From positions 46,222,430 through 46,286,429 of the forward strand of contig NC_090399.1 in assembly GCF_036365525.1 (NCBI RefSeq): a stretch of DNA of 64,000 nt, read 5' to 3'. Shown here in pieces: positions 12,146 through 23,394 of this stretch. The DNA comes from Heterodontus francisci (Eukaryota). Within the stretch, counting starts at the first letter, position 1, and each line of letters starts with the position of its first letter. A model generated the notes under the pieces. The model worked only from the letters and a program-made list of their open reading frames with translations, searched no databases and was not told the DNA's origin. Both the position numbers and the translations under genes were made by a program.

Positions 12146-12448
12146 GAGGAGGTGGTGTTTCACTGATACTCTTCGGCCCCATGTGTGTCTCTGTATCAGC
12201 TCCTGTATATGTACAACAGAAATAAATCTCTGGTGCACAGTTTGCCTGATCATCCAGCGATAACCCCTCCCCCTCCATGTGGCTTCAGCCTATGGGTCAG
12301 TGCTGTCCCCAGCCCCAGATTGAAGGTGTCGGGAGCAGACCACCCACCCACCCCGACAGCCCCCTGGGACTAAAGGTCTCAGGGAGATTCCCTCTGCCCC
12401 TCCCCCACAATCCCAAATACAGAGTCACAGATGTAGAGATGCCATCAA

Positions 12449-12561
12449 TCACGCAGTGTCACTGTGATGAAATGACACACTCCCCGATTCTTTCATCCAG
12501 TTCACCTGCTGACCTTCATGTGCTGAAGTCCCTGGAGTTCCAGTTGGGACATGGGAGGCCA
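12449..12561 (-). CDS. MHC class I-like gene, cytoplasmic terminal exon (predicted)
   Basis: Strong acceptor TTTATCTCTCTTCCCCAG; in phase 1 reads VASHVPTGTPGTSAHEGQQVNWMKESGSVSFHHSDTA then TGA at 12451-12449. Unique sequence 263 nt after the TM exon; internal donors cannot be excluded. Confidence 0.6.
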
Positions 12562-12824
12562 CTGGGGAAGAGAGATAAATACATGGTCATAGAGAAAGGA
12601 AAATATATCGGACACAGAGCACACACCCACAAACACCAGCAGCAAAACCCATCAGACCCAGAACACACCCCATAAACACCATCAGCAACATACTGGGCCC
12701 TAGCACCCCCACTCCCACTCACCTCCCTCACCCTGGACTCCAGCACCCATATTCCCACCCCCCACCGTCACTCTGGCCCCACCTCTCCCAACAAGGATCG
12801 GTCCATTACCTCCCCAATTCCTAC

Positions 12825-12929
12825 CTCTCTTTTTGTAGATGAAGAAAGCCAGGATAATGAGAATGATGACCAGCACAATCCCGAGCACAATACCGAGAAT
12901 AACAGGGACCTGGGAGTCTGACTGGGGAC
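12825..12929 (-). CDS. MHC class I-like gene, connecting peptide/transmembrane exon
   Basis: Acceptor CTCTCTGTTTCTCACTGACAG, donor G|GTAGGA, 105 nt, phase 1-1; GPQSDSQVPVILGIVLGIVLVIILIILAFFIYKKR gives a hydrophobic helix plus basic stop-transfer. Confidence 0.85.
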
Positions 12930-12991
12930 CTGTCAGTGAGAAACAGAGAGACAATCAGAGAGACACACAGAGAGGGAGAAGGAGACCGGGA

Positions 12992-13111
12992 GTCATAGAG
13001 TCACAGAGTTATACAGCACAAGAACAGGCCCTTTGGCCCATCGTGTCTGTGCTGGCCATCAAGCATCGAACTATTCTCATCCCATTTTCCAGCACTTGGC
13101 CCGTAGCCTTG
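12992..13111 (-). mobile_element. CR1 LINE 3' terminal fragment
   Basis: CATAGAGTCACAGAGTTATACAGCACAAGAACAGGCCCTTTGGCCCA, the same 3' end type as at 20213 and the SINE tails. Confidence 0.75.
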
Positions 13112-13590
13112 CCGGAAGCACTTTCTGTTGTCACACAATAGTTGGACTTTGATGGAATGAATACCCTTTATGTTTATGAAGGCAGCTGGTTGGCCCGTGG
13201 AAGCCCTGATGACCACATGTATGCAGTGGATGACACCTTCCACCTGTGGGAGTCCCATAACAGCCCCAAATCCAATGGCCCTCTCAGCCTGATTCTCAGG
13301 ATCAGTCCTGTAATGGACAATGCAGCGGCCCTCCTGCACAGAGCATCCGTCACCTCCTTGATGGAGCGGTGCATTGTAGATTGAGAGACCCCACACATGT
13401 TGCCAGTGGTTCCCTGCAATGATCTAGAGGTGTAGAGGTCCACAGTAAATTTGAGGGCCACAGGTATATCGTGTGACCACCAAAGCCCATTGGTTGCTGG
13501 TCATCATTCAGCAGCGCACAGAGATGTGTGACGACCTCTCTGGTCATCTGCAGTCATCTCGGACATTGGCGTTCAGACATCTGAAGGTAT
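13112..13590 (-). pseudogene. Harbinger (HARBI1-like) transposase, N-terminal fragment
   Basis: Frameshifted MTREVVTHLCALL, GVSQSTMHRSIKEVTDAL, GLPQVEGVIHCIHV and FINIKGIHSIKVQLLCD. Confidence 0.85.
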
Positions 13591-13699
13591 GTGAGGGGAG
13601 AGAGGGAAGGAGGGGGTAGGGACAGGACAGACAGAGAAGGAAACAGGGATTGAGAGAGAGGGGGAGGAGAGGGCGGGGTAGGAGGGTGTAGGGACAGGT

Positions 13700-16652
13700 A
13701 AAGATAGTTGTTAGCCTTTTAATAAACCTTTTGAGATCTTCAATCAACTGAACCCCAGATATCAGGCAACATAAAAAAGCTTTTCATAACCTGGTGGCAG
13801 CTGTGGTGAGAAGATAACATCTAAGACTGAAGACCATGGGAAAACAGTTTTGAAATCTACCTCCCTACATCTTGGAGAGAGGAAGTTAAAAGAAACACTG
13901 GCCCAAACAGTTAAAGAATAAAACACTTACCCCAAGCGGTAGAAGACAGGGTGTTGAACGACAGTCTGCAAATCAATCACTATGATCGTGTGAGTCAGTC
14001 AGCCCTCCATACAGGAACTCCCGTTTTAAAACAAAAGAAGCTCTGAAGTGCTTAAATGGTTGAGTCTTAATAAAGGCTCAGTAAAAGAAAAAAAAAAGCA
14101 GGGAAAACCTAATCCCTGTCAGAGACTAATCGATTGTTTCCAAATGCTCTCTCAAGCTGATCGAGGCGCGCGCCATTACAGGAGGCGACCGACAGTGAAA
14201 AGCACGAGAATCCTCCATTCATGTAGCTGGTAGCTAGAGATATAAAAAGAAACCCATTAAATCACTCCAAGGCTGAAGAGTTGTCATTCACTCAGCCAAA
14301 GTAAAAAAAAAACTCATAAAAGCACTCAAGTGTGAAGAATTGCCGATTGAATGGCTGAGTAAACAAAACTGGAGCAGAAAAAGGGACTTCAACTGCCTAT
14401 TAGACAGCTATGTAAACAGACAGAACTGGCTTAGTGCTGGAAGCAAGATAAGCATACAGCACTGCAAAACATATGCCTCTGTCAATCAAAGCAACTAGTC
14501 GAGAGACACAGTTTTTTTTTTAAAGAGAAAGCAGTATAAAGAAACAGGACCAGGTCTTAAAGCAAGTACTTAAAGCAAAATTTAAAGCAAAAGAACCACA
14601 GAAAAATGGATACCAAATTATTTCCCAACATGAATGGGAAAGCCTTGGATATCCTATCCAAATTCAGACTGTTCTAACAGAGAATGTAATTATGCTTTAC
14701 AGACCAAATCATTGTAGAACTGGAAGAGCAAGCTGTAAAAATCATTGCTATTGGAAATGAGGGATTACACAGAATCAACACCCCTGGACTATCTGACAAG
14801 GACCAGAAAGATCCCGCAAAGATATGGAAAGTGCTAGAAGATCAGCTCTGATTACGAGTGAATTTTAGAATTCACCGCCCGGAATGGATGTCCGACAGGC
14901 AACAGCCACAGGAATCAATAGACCAATTTGTCAGTAGATGCTGTAGTAAGGGCAATGAATGAGACTTCTCAGAAACTGAGCTGTTGGACTGAATAATGGA
15001 GCCAGTGATTGTGTCAACATCCATTGAAGTGTTTCAGAAAGACCTACTGGGCAAAATGAAATGTCACAGCATTGATACAATTCAGGGAGATGGCAGGAAA
15101 TACGAAGCCATTGTAACTGGACAACAGCACCTACAAGCACTGGGCGCAACCAACAGTATCGGCACCATAACCATGTCAAAAAGAGCAGGCAAGCTGTGCG
15201 GTAAGTGTGGTTGGTCCGTCTCGCGGTGAAATTGCCCTGTATTTCAAGACCTGTGCAAGGCGTGCCATGTAAGAGGACACTGGGCCCACCTATGCAGGAA
15301 TTCTGGCTTGAAAGACGCAGCCAGAAGTAACGGTTGGACTCAAACAAACAGGCAACAGGGCAACAACAGCAAGGAAAGTACCAGATACCTGCATATACAC
15401 AAGGTGATACATGGGGTCCACAGCAAAACAGACCTGCGACAAGACTCCGAGAGAAGTAATGCTGAGTCAGACAATGAACAGGCATTCTACATTGTGAACC
15501 TGACACATCATGATGATGAATTCCAACAACTGGAACCTTTCGCCACTATTAACATCACATGCCCAAAGAAAGCTGGAAAACACACATTCAAGATCAAGAT
15601 TGACACTGGTGTTAGTGAAAATATCCTACCAGTACGAATTCTCAAAGATATATACTGGAGCCATTGGAAATCAATGATACAACCAATAACTGCCAAGTTA
15701 TCTTCATACAACGGGTCATCCATCCTTTGCAGTGGCACATTAACAATGCAAATCAAATACGGCAAGTTGGCCTGGAAACCACAAACGTTCTACTAGTAGA
15801 CATGAGCGGACTAGCAGTGGAAAGAGTATCAGTGTGCAAGGACCTTAGCAACATAACCATCCATGACAGCATTGCCAAGGAAAAGTCTCCAAGGACCGGA
15901 ACTCGCTCGCAGACTCTGACTAGCATCAAATGGTGCAGTCTGGAAACCCAGCGACAGCACAACTATGCCACACCTTCACTTCAGCTCTCTAGAGAACTGC
16001 CAGCACCACAGTGAGCCAGAATGGACAGGTGAGACCAAGTCCTCCTCCTGGAGCCCCAAGCCTTCAGAGGCAGAGGATGAGGAGAGGCGAAGGACACACA
16101 ATGTTGTGAAGAGGCAGAGGAGAATATGTCTATTGGCTCTTTGAGATGAGGTGCCGGAACTTTCCAAGAATGACAAGGCCCCAAAAGTGTTCTCTAGAGA
16201 AAAGCAACAGAGTTTGTTAGCAGGATGAAGGCAGAGCAACAGAAACTGAATGCAGAGATGGAGAAACTGCAGAAAAAAACAGCAACAGATGAAACACAAA
16301 CTCTCCAAGCAAGAGTTGTCAAACTATTGAGACAATCAATGGACTTTTGAGCCTCTATATTTGTAAAGTTCATAATTTCTATAAATGTGTAAATAATTTT
16401 GGTGCGATCAAATTTTGTACTTCCAGCAGACGAGATTTATCTTTGGAAAGAAGGGGAATGCTGTGTGATTACCTTTAGAGTAATGTACCTTTAAGATGTT
16501 ATTCTGCTAATGAGCTGAATAGCAGGTTGCAGTCTTGTGACTACATGCCAGTCCTACTCTGCAACTGTAACACCAGAAAGCAAGTCCTGTAAATAGTAGT
16601 TCTGTACTGTATACTGTACAGCATCAGACAACATAAAAAGTTTCTCATTGCA
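13700..16652 (+). mobile_element. Internally deleted Gypsy-like LTR retrotransposon (gag and protease remnants)
   Basis: Shared LTR 3' ends ATCAGGCAACATAAAAAAGCTTTTCAT (~13761-13787) and ATCAGACAACATAAAAAGTTTCTCAT (~16623-16648); PBS-like TGGTGGCAGC at 13792; CCHC knuckle CKACHVRGHWAHLC (15254-15295); protease KIDTG (~15602); PPT GGAAAGAAGGGGA before TG at 16459. No RT or integrase seen. Confidence 0.8.
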
Positions 16653-16664
16653 AATAATCTGGGT

Positions 16665-19165
16665 CGTCGTACTGTAATATCCCAGGACAAACCGGGCTCT
16701 GTCTTACTGTAATATCCCAGGATACACCAGGCTCTGTCGCACTGTATCATCCCAGAATACACTGGGCCCTGTCACACTGTAACATCCCAGGATACACCGG
16801 GCCCTGTCCCACTGTAATATCCCAGGATACACGGGGCCCTGTCTCACTATAATATCCAGGATACACTGGGACATGTCTCACAGTAATAGCCCTGGATACA
16901 CCGGGCCCTGTCTCACTGTAATATCCAGGATACACTGGGACCTGTCGAATTGTAATATCCAAAGATACACCAGGCCCTCTTGCACTGTAATATCCCAGGA
17001 TACATCGGGCCCTGTCACACTGTAATATCCCAGGACACACCGGGCCCTGTCACACTGTAGTATCCCAGGATATACCGGGCTCTGTCTTACTGCAGTATCC
17101 CAGGATACACCAAGCTCTGTCACACTGCATCATCCCAGGATACACTGTGCCCTGTCTCACTGTAATATCCCAGGATACACCGGGCTCTGTCTTACTGCAA
17201 TATCCCAGGATACACCAAGCTCTGTCACACTGTATCATCCCAGGATACACTGCACCCTGTCTCACTGTAATACCCCAGGATACACCAGGCTCTGTCAGAC
17301 TGTAATATCCCAGAATACACTGGGCCCTGTCACACTGCAATATCCCAGGATACACCAGGACTGTCACACTGTATTCTCCCAGGATACACCAGGCCCTGTC
17401 GCGGTGCAATATCCAGGATGCACCAGACCCTGTCACCCTGTAATATCCCAGAGTACACTGGGCCCTGTCACTGGAATATCCCAGGATACACTGGGCCCTG
17501 TCGCACTGTAATATCCCAAGATTCACCGGGCCGTGTATCACTGTAATATCCCAGGATACACAGGGCCCTGTCACTGGAATATCCCAGGATACACAGGGCC
17601 CTGTCACTGTAATATCCCAGGATACACCGGGCCCTATCACACTGCAATATCCAAGGATACATCGGGCCCTGTCGCACTGTAATATCCCAGGATACACCCG
17701 CCCTGTCACACTGTAATATCCCAGGACACACAGGGCCCTGTCAAGTTGTAATATCCAAGGATACACCGGGCCCTGTAGCACTGTAATATCCCAGGATATA
17801 CCGGGCCCTGTCAAGTTGTAATATCCCAGGATACACCGGGCCCTGTCACCCTGTAATATCCAAGGATACACCGGGCCCTGTAGCACTGTAATATCCCAGG
17901 ATACACCCGCCCTGTCACACTGTAATATCCCAGGATACACAGGGCCCTGTCTCACTGTAATATCCCAGAGTACACTGGACCTTGTCACTGTAACATCCCA
18001 GGATACACTGAGCCCTGTCGCACTGTAATATCCCAGGATATACCGGGCCCTGTCAAGTTGTAATATCCCAGGATACACCGGGCCCTGTCACCCTGTAATA
18101 TCCAAGGATACACCGGGCCCTGTCTCATTGTAATATCCCTGGATACACCGGGTCCTGTCACACTGTAATATCCAAGATACACCGGGCCCTGTCACACTGT
18201 AATATCCCAGGATACACCAGGCTCTGTCATACTCTGTCAGGGGCGGCACAGTGGCGCAGTGGATGGCACCGCAGCCTCACAGCTCCAGCGACCCAGGTTC
18301 AATTCTGGGTACTGCCTGTATGGAGTTTGCAAGTTCTCCCTGTGTCTGCGTGGGTTTCCTGCGGGTGCTCCGGTTTCCTCCCACAGCCAAAAGACTTGCA
18401 GGTTGATAGGTAAATTGGCCATTATAAATTGCCCCGAGTATAGGTAGGTGGTAGGGGAATATAGGGACAGGTGAGGATGTGGTGGGAATAGGGGATTAGT
18501 GCAGGATTAGTATAAATGGGTGGTTAATGGTCGGCACAGACTCGATGGGCCGAAGGGCCTGTTTCAGTGCTGTATCTCTAAATCTAAAATCTAAAAAAAA
18601 ATACTGTAATATCCCAGAATACACTGGGCCCTGTCACACTGTAATATCCCAGGATACACTAGGACTGTCACACTGTAATCTCCCAGGATACACCAGGCCC
18701 TGTTGCGCTGCATTATCCAGGACACACCAGACCCTGTCAACCTGTAATATCCCAGAGTATACCGTGCCCTGTCACTGGAATATCCCAGGATACACCAGGC
18801 CCTGTCACACTGTAATATCACAAGATACACCGGGCCGTGTCTCACTGTAATATCCCAGGTTGCACCGGGCCCTGTCACTGGAATATCCCAGGATACACAG
18901 GGCCCTGTCACTGGAATATTCCAGTGTACACCGGGCCCTGTCATTGTAATATCCCGGGATAATCTGGGTCCTGTTGCTTTGTAATATCCTAGAATACACC
19001 GGATTCCATCGCACTGCAATATCCAAGATACACCAGGTCGTCGCACTGTTATATCCAAGGATACCCGAGGTCCTGGCATTGTAATATCCTGGGATTCCCT
19101 AGATACTGGTTTCATCATATCCTGTGATACGCCGAGCCCTGTTGCACTACAATATCGCAGGATTT
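16665..19165. repeat. 35 bp minisatellite array, with 2-3 more units at 21585-21665
   Basis: Unit CTGTCACACTGTAATATCCCAGGATACACCGGGCC, period 35 (16671/16706) with some 33 bp variants. Confidence 0.95.
18241..18600 (+). mobile_element. tRNA-derived SINE, copy 3, inserted in the 35 bp array
   Basis: Starts GGGCGGCACAGTGGCGCAGTGG, B box GGTTCAATTCT, ends TCTAAATCTAAAATCTAAAAAAAA. Confidence 0.92.
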
Positions 19166-21588
19166 TTAAAATTCATTCATGGGATGTGGGCATCACTGGC
19201 CAGGCCAGCATTTATTGCCCATCCCTAATTGCCCTTGAGAAGGTGGTGGTGAGCTGCCTTCTTGAACCGCTGCAGTCCTTGTGAGGTAGGTACACCCACA
19301 GTGCTGTTAGGAAGGGAGTTCAAGGCGTTTGACCCAGCGACAGTGAAGGAACGGCGATATAGTTCCAAGTCAGGATGGTGTGTGACTTGGAGGGGAACTT
19401 GCAGGTGGTGGTGTTCCCATGCATCTGCTACCCTTGTCCTTCTAGTTGGTATAGGTCGCAGGTTTAGAAGGTGCTGTCTAAGGAGACTTGGTGCATTGCT
19501 GCAGTGCATCTTGTAGATGGTACACACTGCTGCCACTGTGCGTCGGTGGTGGAGGGAGTGAACGTTTGTGAATGGGGTGCCAAGTGGGCTGCTTTGTCCT
19601 GGAAGGTGCAGAGCTTCTTGAGTGTTGGAGTTGCACCCATCCAAAAAAGTGGAGAGTATTTCATCACACTCCTGACTTGTGCCTTGTAGATGGTGGACAG
19701 GCTTTGGGGAGTCAAGATGTGAGTTACTTGCCGCAGGAATCCTAGCCTCTGACCTGCTCTTTTAGCCATGGTATTTATATGGCTACTCCAGTTCAGTTTC
19801 TGGTCAACGTTAACCCCCAGAATGTTGATAGTGGGGGATTCAGCGATGGTAATGCCACTGAATGTCAAGGGGAGATTTTAGATTCTTTCTTGTTGGAGAT
19901 GGTCATTGCCTGGCACTTGTGTGGCGTGAATGTTACTTGCCACTTATCAGCCCAAGCCTGGATATTGCCCAGGTCTTGTTGCATTTCTACACAGACTTCT
20001 TCAGTATCTGAGGAGTCACGAATGGTGCTGAACATTGTGCAATCATCAGCGAACATCCCCACTTCTGACCTTATGATTGAAGGAATGTCTTTGATGAAGC
20101 AGCTGAAGATGGTTGGGCCTAGGACACTACCCTGAGGAACTCCTGCAGTGATGTCTTGGAGTTGAGATGACTGACCTCCAACAACCACAAACATCTTCTT
20201 TTGCTCTAGGTATATAGAACATAGAACATAGAACAGTACAGCACAGTACAGGCCCTTCGGCCCACGATGTTGTGCCGAACCTTTAACCTACTCTAATATC
20301 AATCTAACTACCTACCTTTCATTCTACTATCATCCATGTACCTATCCAAGAGTCGCTTAAATGCCCCTAATGTATCTGCTTCTACTACCACCGCTGGCAA
20401 CGCATTCCACGCACCCACCACCCTCTGTGTAAAGAACCTACATCTGACATCTCCCCGAAACCTTCCTCCAATCACCTTCAAATTATGCCCCCTGGTGATA
20501 GCCCTTTCCACCCTGGGAAAAAGTCTCTGGCTATCCACTCTATCTATGCCTCTCATCATCTTGCACCCCTCTATCAAGTCACCTCTCATCCTTCTTCGCT
20601 CCAATGAGAAAAGCCCTAGCTCCCTCAATCTTTCTTCGTAGGACATGCCCTCCAGTCCAGGCAGCATCCTGGTAAATCTCCTCTGCACCCTCTCTAAAGC
20701 TTCCACATCCTTCCTATAATGAGGTGACCAGAACTGAACTCAATATTCCAAGTGTGGTCTAACCAGGGCTCTATAGAGCTGCAGCATAACCTCGCGGCTC
20801 TTAAACTCAATCCCCCTGTTAATGAAAGCCAACACCCCATACGCCTTCTTAACAACCCTATCAACTTGGGTGGCAACTTTGAGCGATCTATGGACATGGA
20901 CCCCAAGATCCCTCTGTTCCTCCACACTACCAAGAATCCTGTCTTTAAGCCTGTATTCCGCATTCAAATTCGACCTTCCAAAATGAATCACTTCATTATA
21001 TCTCCAACCAGCGGAGAGTTTTCCCCCGATTCCCATTGACTCCAGATTTGCTAGGGCTCCTTGATACCATACTCAATCAAATGCTGCCTTGATGTCAAGG
21101 GCAGTCACTCTCACCTCACCTCTTGAGTTCAGCTCTTTTGTCCATGTTTCGATCAAGCATATAATGAGGTCAGGAACTGACTGGCCCTGGCAGAATCCAA
21201 ACTTAGCGTCACTGAGTAGGTCATTGCTAAGCGAGTGACCTTGATAGCACTCTCGACGACACCTTCCATTACTTTACTGATGATCAAGAATCAAATTTTA
21301 GGGCGCTAATTGGCCGGGTTGGATTTGTCCTGCTTTTTGAGCACAGGGTTTTCCTGGTCAATTTTCCACATTGCCGGGTAGATGCCAGTGTTGTAGTTGT
21401 ACTGGAACAGCTTGGCTAGGGGCGCAGCATGTCCTGGAGCACAGGTCTTCAGTACTATTGCCGGAATATTGCCAGGACCCATAGCCTTTGCGGTATCCAG
21501 TGCCTTCAGTCGTTTCTTGATATCACACGGAGTGAATCGAATTGGCTGAAGTCTGGCATCTGTGATGCTGGGGACTTCAGGAGGAGGA
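19166..21588 (-). mobile_element. 5'-truncated L2-like LINE (RT and 3' end), interrupted by CR1
   Basis: Reverse-complement match to 8120-9740 (PPEVPSITDA, GVPQGSVLGP, MFADD); the 35 bp repeat flanks it on both sides. Confidence 0.9.
20213..20995 (-). mobile_element. Well-preserved 5'-truncated CR1 LINE nested in L2
   Basis: EVIHFGRSN..LYRALVRPHLEY and MSYEERLRELGLFSLERRRMRGDLIE..FFTQRVVGAWNALP; (GTTCTAT)n tail; the L2 sequence resumes at CTCCAACCAGCGGAG. Confidence 0.92.
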
Positions 21589-21846
21589 TACACCAATCCC
21601 TGTCCCACTGCAATATCCCAGGATACACCAGACTCTGTCCCACCGCAATATCCCAGGGTACACCAGCTCAATTACTGCCCTGTATGAGGGGCGTGAAGAG
21701 TTTGACACATTGAAAGCTAATAGTTATTTCCCTCTCTTTATATCCTGGGCCTCAGCCTGTCCCGCAATGGCAGCTCAGCACTGACCCTCCCTCCTGTGCT
21801 CCTGTTCTGAGGCTGGGTCCCCTCTAACAGTGAGAGACAGTCTTAC

Positions 21847-22110
21847 CATAAATCACCACCATTGTCTCCCTCAGTGCACTGTGCTCCACCCGACAGGAAT
21901 ACTCAGCCTGGTCTTCCGGATCAAACTCCGTCCATTTCCGGATCTGGAAGGTGTTGTTGTGATTGGGTAAGATCCCAGAGGATAGGGTCTCATCGATCAA
22001 CACTCCATCTCTCCACAGAGTCACCTCAATGTCTGGAGGGTAAAACCCAGTGATGACACAGGACAGCCGGTTAGAATCACCCAGACGGGTAAAGGATACG
22101 ATGGGGGCGA
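21847..22110 (-). CDS. MHC class I-like gene, alpha3 (C1-set Ig) exon
   Basis: Acceptor TTTCTCTCTCTCTCAG, donor G|GTAAGA, 264 nt, phase 1-1; IAPIVSFTRLGDSNRLSCVITGFYPPDIEVTLWRDGVLIDETLSSGILPNHNNTFQIRKWTEFDPEDQAEYSCRVEHSALRETMVVIY has C..GFYP, LPN..TFQ and YxCxVxH. Confidence 0.95.
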
Positions 22111-22164
22111 CTGAGAGAGAGAGAAAGTGGAATCAATGCAGGATCTCCAATATAGAGAGTCACT

Positions 22165-22885
22165 CACTGACCCTCACTCAGAGAATACCCCACTAACTGA
22201 CACTCAGACCCCCCCCTCACTCACTGACTCTCAGTCTCCCCCTCACTCACCGACTCTCAGTCACCCCCTCACTCACCAACTTTAAGTCTCGCCCTCACTC
22301 ACTGACTCTCAGTCCCCCCTTCTCAGTCACTGACTTTCAGTACCAACCTCACTCACTGACTCTCAGTCCCACCTCACTCACTAACTCTCAGTCCCCCCCT
22401 CACTCACCGACTCTCAGTCCCCCCCTCACTCACTGACTCTCAGTCCCCCCCTCACTCACTGACTCTCAGTCCCCCCCTCACTCACCGACTCTCAGTCCCC
22501 CCTTCACTCACTGACTCTCAGTCCCCCCTTCTCAGTCACTGACTTTCAGTACCAACCTCACTCACTGACTCTCAGTCCCACCTCACTCACTCACCGACTC
22601 TCAGTCCCCCCCTCACTCACCGACTCTCAGTCCCCCCCTCACTCACCAACTCTCAGTCCCCCCCTCACTCATCGACTCTCAGTCCCCCCCTCACTCATCG
22701 ACTGTCAGTCCCCCCCTCACTCACCGACTCTCAGTGCCCCCCTCACTCACCGACTCTCAGTCCCCCCTTCTCACTCATTGACTCTCTGTCGCCCACCTCA
22801 CACACTGACTCTCAGTCCCGTCCTCACTCACTCACACTCAGTACCCCCCTCACTCACTGACTCTCAGTCCCCCCTCACCCTCCGA
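22165..22885. repeat. ~26 bp minisatellite filling the alpha2-alpha3 intron
   Basis: Unit CTCACTCAC(T/C)GACTCTCAGTCCCCCC, period 26 at 22385/22411. Confidence 0.95.
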
Positions 22886-22896
22886 CCCTCACTCAC

Positions 22897-23169
22897 TGAG
22901 TGTTAGTATTCTAGCTTTGTTCAGCAGACACAACCTCAGCCACTGGATGCAGATCTCTTTCAGATAGAACTTCCACCTCTGATTGTTTGCTGTGTCCTGA
23001 TTCCAATTGTCCTGGGCAGTGTGTGCCCATGGTGCCTGTGCCACCCACTCCGCCTTATCTGGGTCGAAGCTCATCATGTCTTGGCCATCCCAGCCCAACT
23101 GGAGGAACTCAGTTTTGTTCCCGACATCCTTTAGCTCACAGCCAGTCCTCACCTGGAGCATGTGTATTC
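22897..23169 (-). CDS. MHC class I-like gene, alpha2 exon
   Basis: Acceptor TGTTTGATTGACAG, donor A|GTGAGT, 273 nt, phase 1-1; GIHMLQVRTGCELKDVGNKTEFLQLGWDGQDMMSFDPDKAEWVAQAPWAHTAQDNWNQDTANNQRWKFYLKEICIQWLRLCLLNKARILTL has HxLQxxxGCE, DGxD and YLxxxCxxWL. Confidence 0.95.
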
Positions 23170-23202
23170 CTGTCAATCAAACAGACACAGAGCCAATCAG
23201 AT

Positions 23203-23386
23203 GCATTCCCGAGATCCCGCCCACAATTCCATCATCACTTGAACTCTAAATTCCCCCACCATCGACATCCTGGGGGCTGTCACCACTGACCAGAAACTGA
23301 ACTGCACCAACCACATAAATACTGTGGCCACAACAGCAGGTTGGAGGCTGGGAATTCTGTAGCGAGTAACTCACCTCCCGACTCCC
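23203..23386 (+). mobile_element. L2-like LINE internal fragment
   Basis: GACCAGAAACTGAACTGCACCAACCACATAAATACTGTGGC matches 9121-9160. Confidence 0.75.
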
Positions 23387-23394
23387 TAAAACCT

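Noticed and set aside
16541-19118. Cys/Tyr-rich ORFs and a superficially CRISPR-like 35 bp periodicity
   Set aside because: Head-to-tail minisatellite with no unique spacers, no cas genes and a eukaryotic context.
21847-23169. Assignment as an MHC class II beta chain
   Set aside because: HxLQxxxGCE, WDGxD and YLxxxCxxWL are class I alpha2 signatures, and the TM lacks the extended class II glycine pattern.
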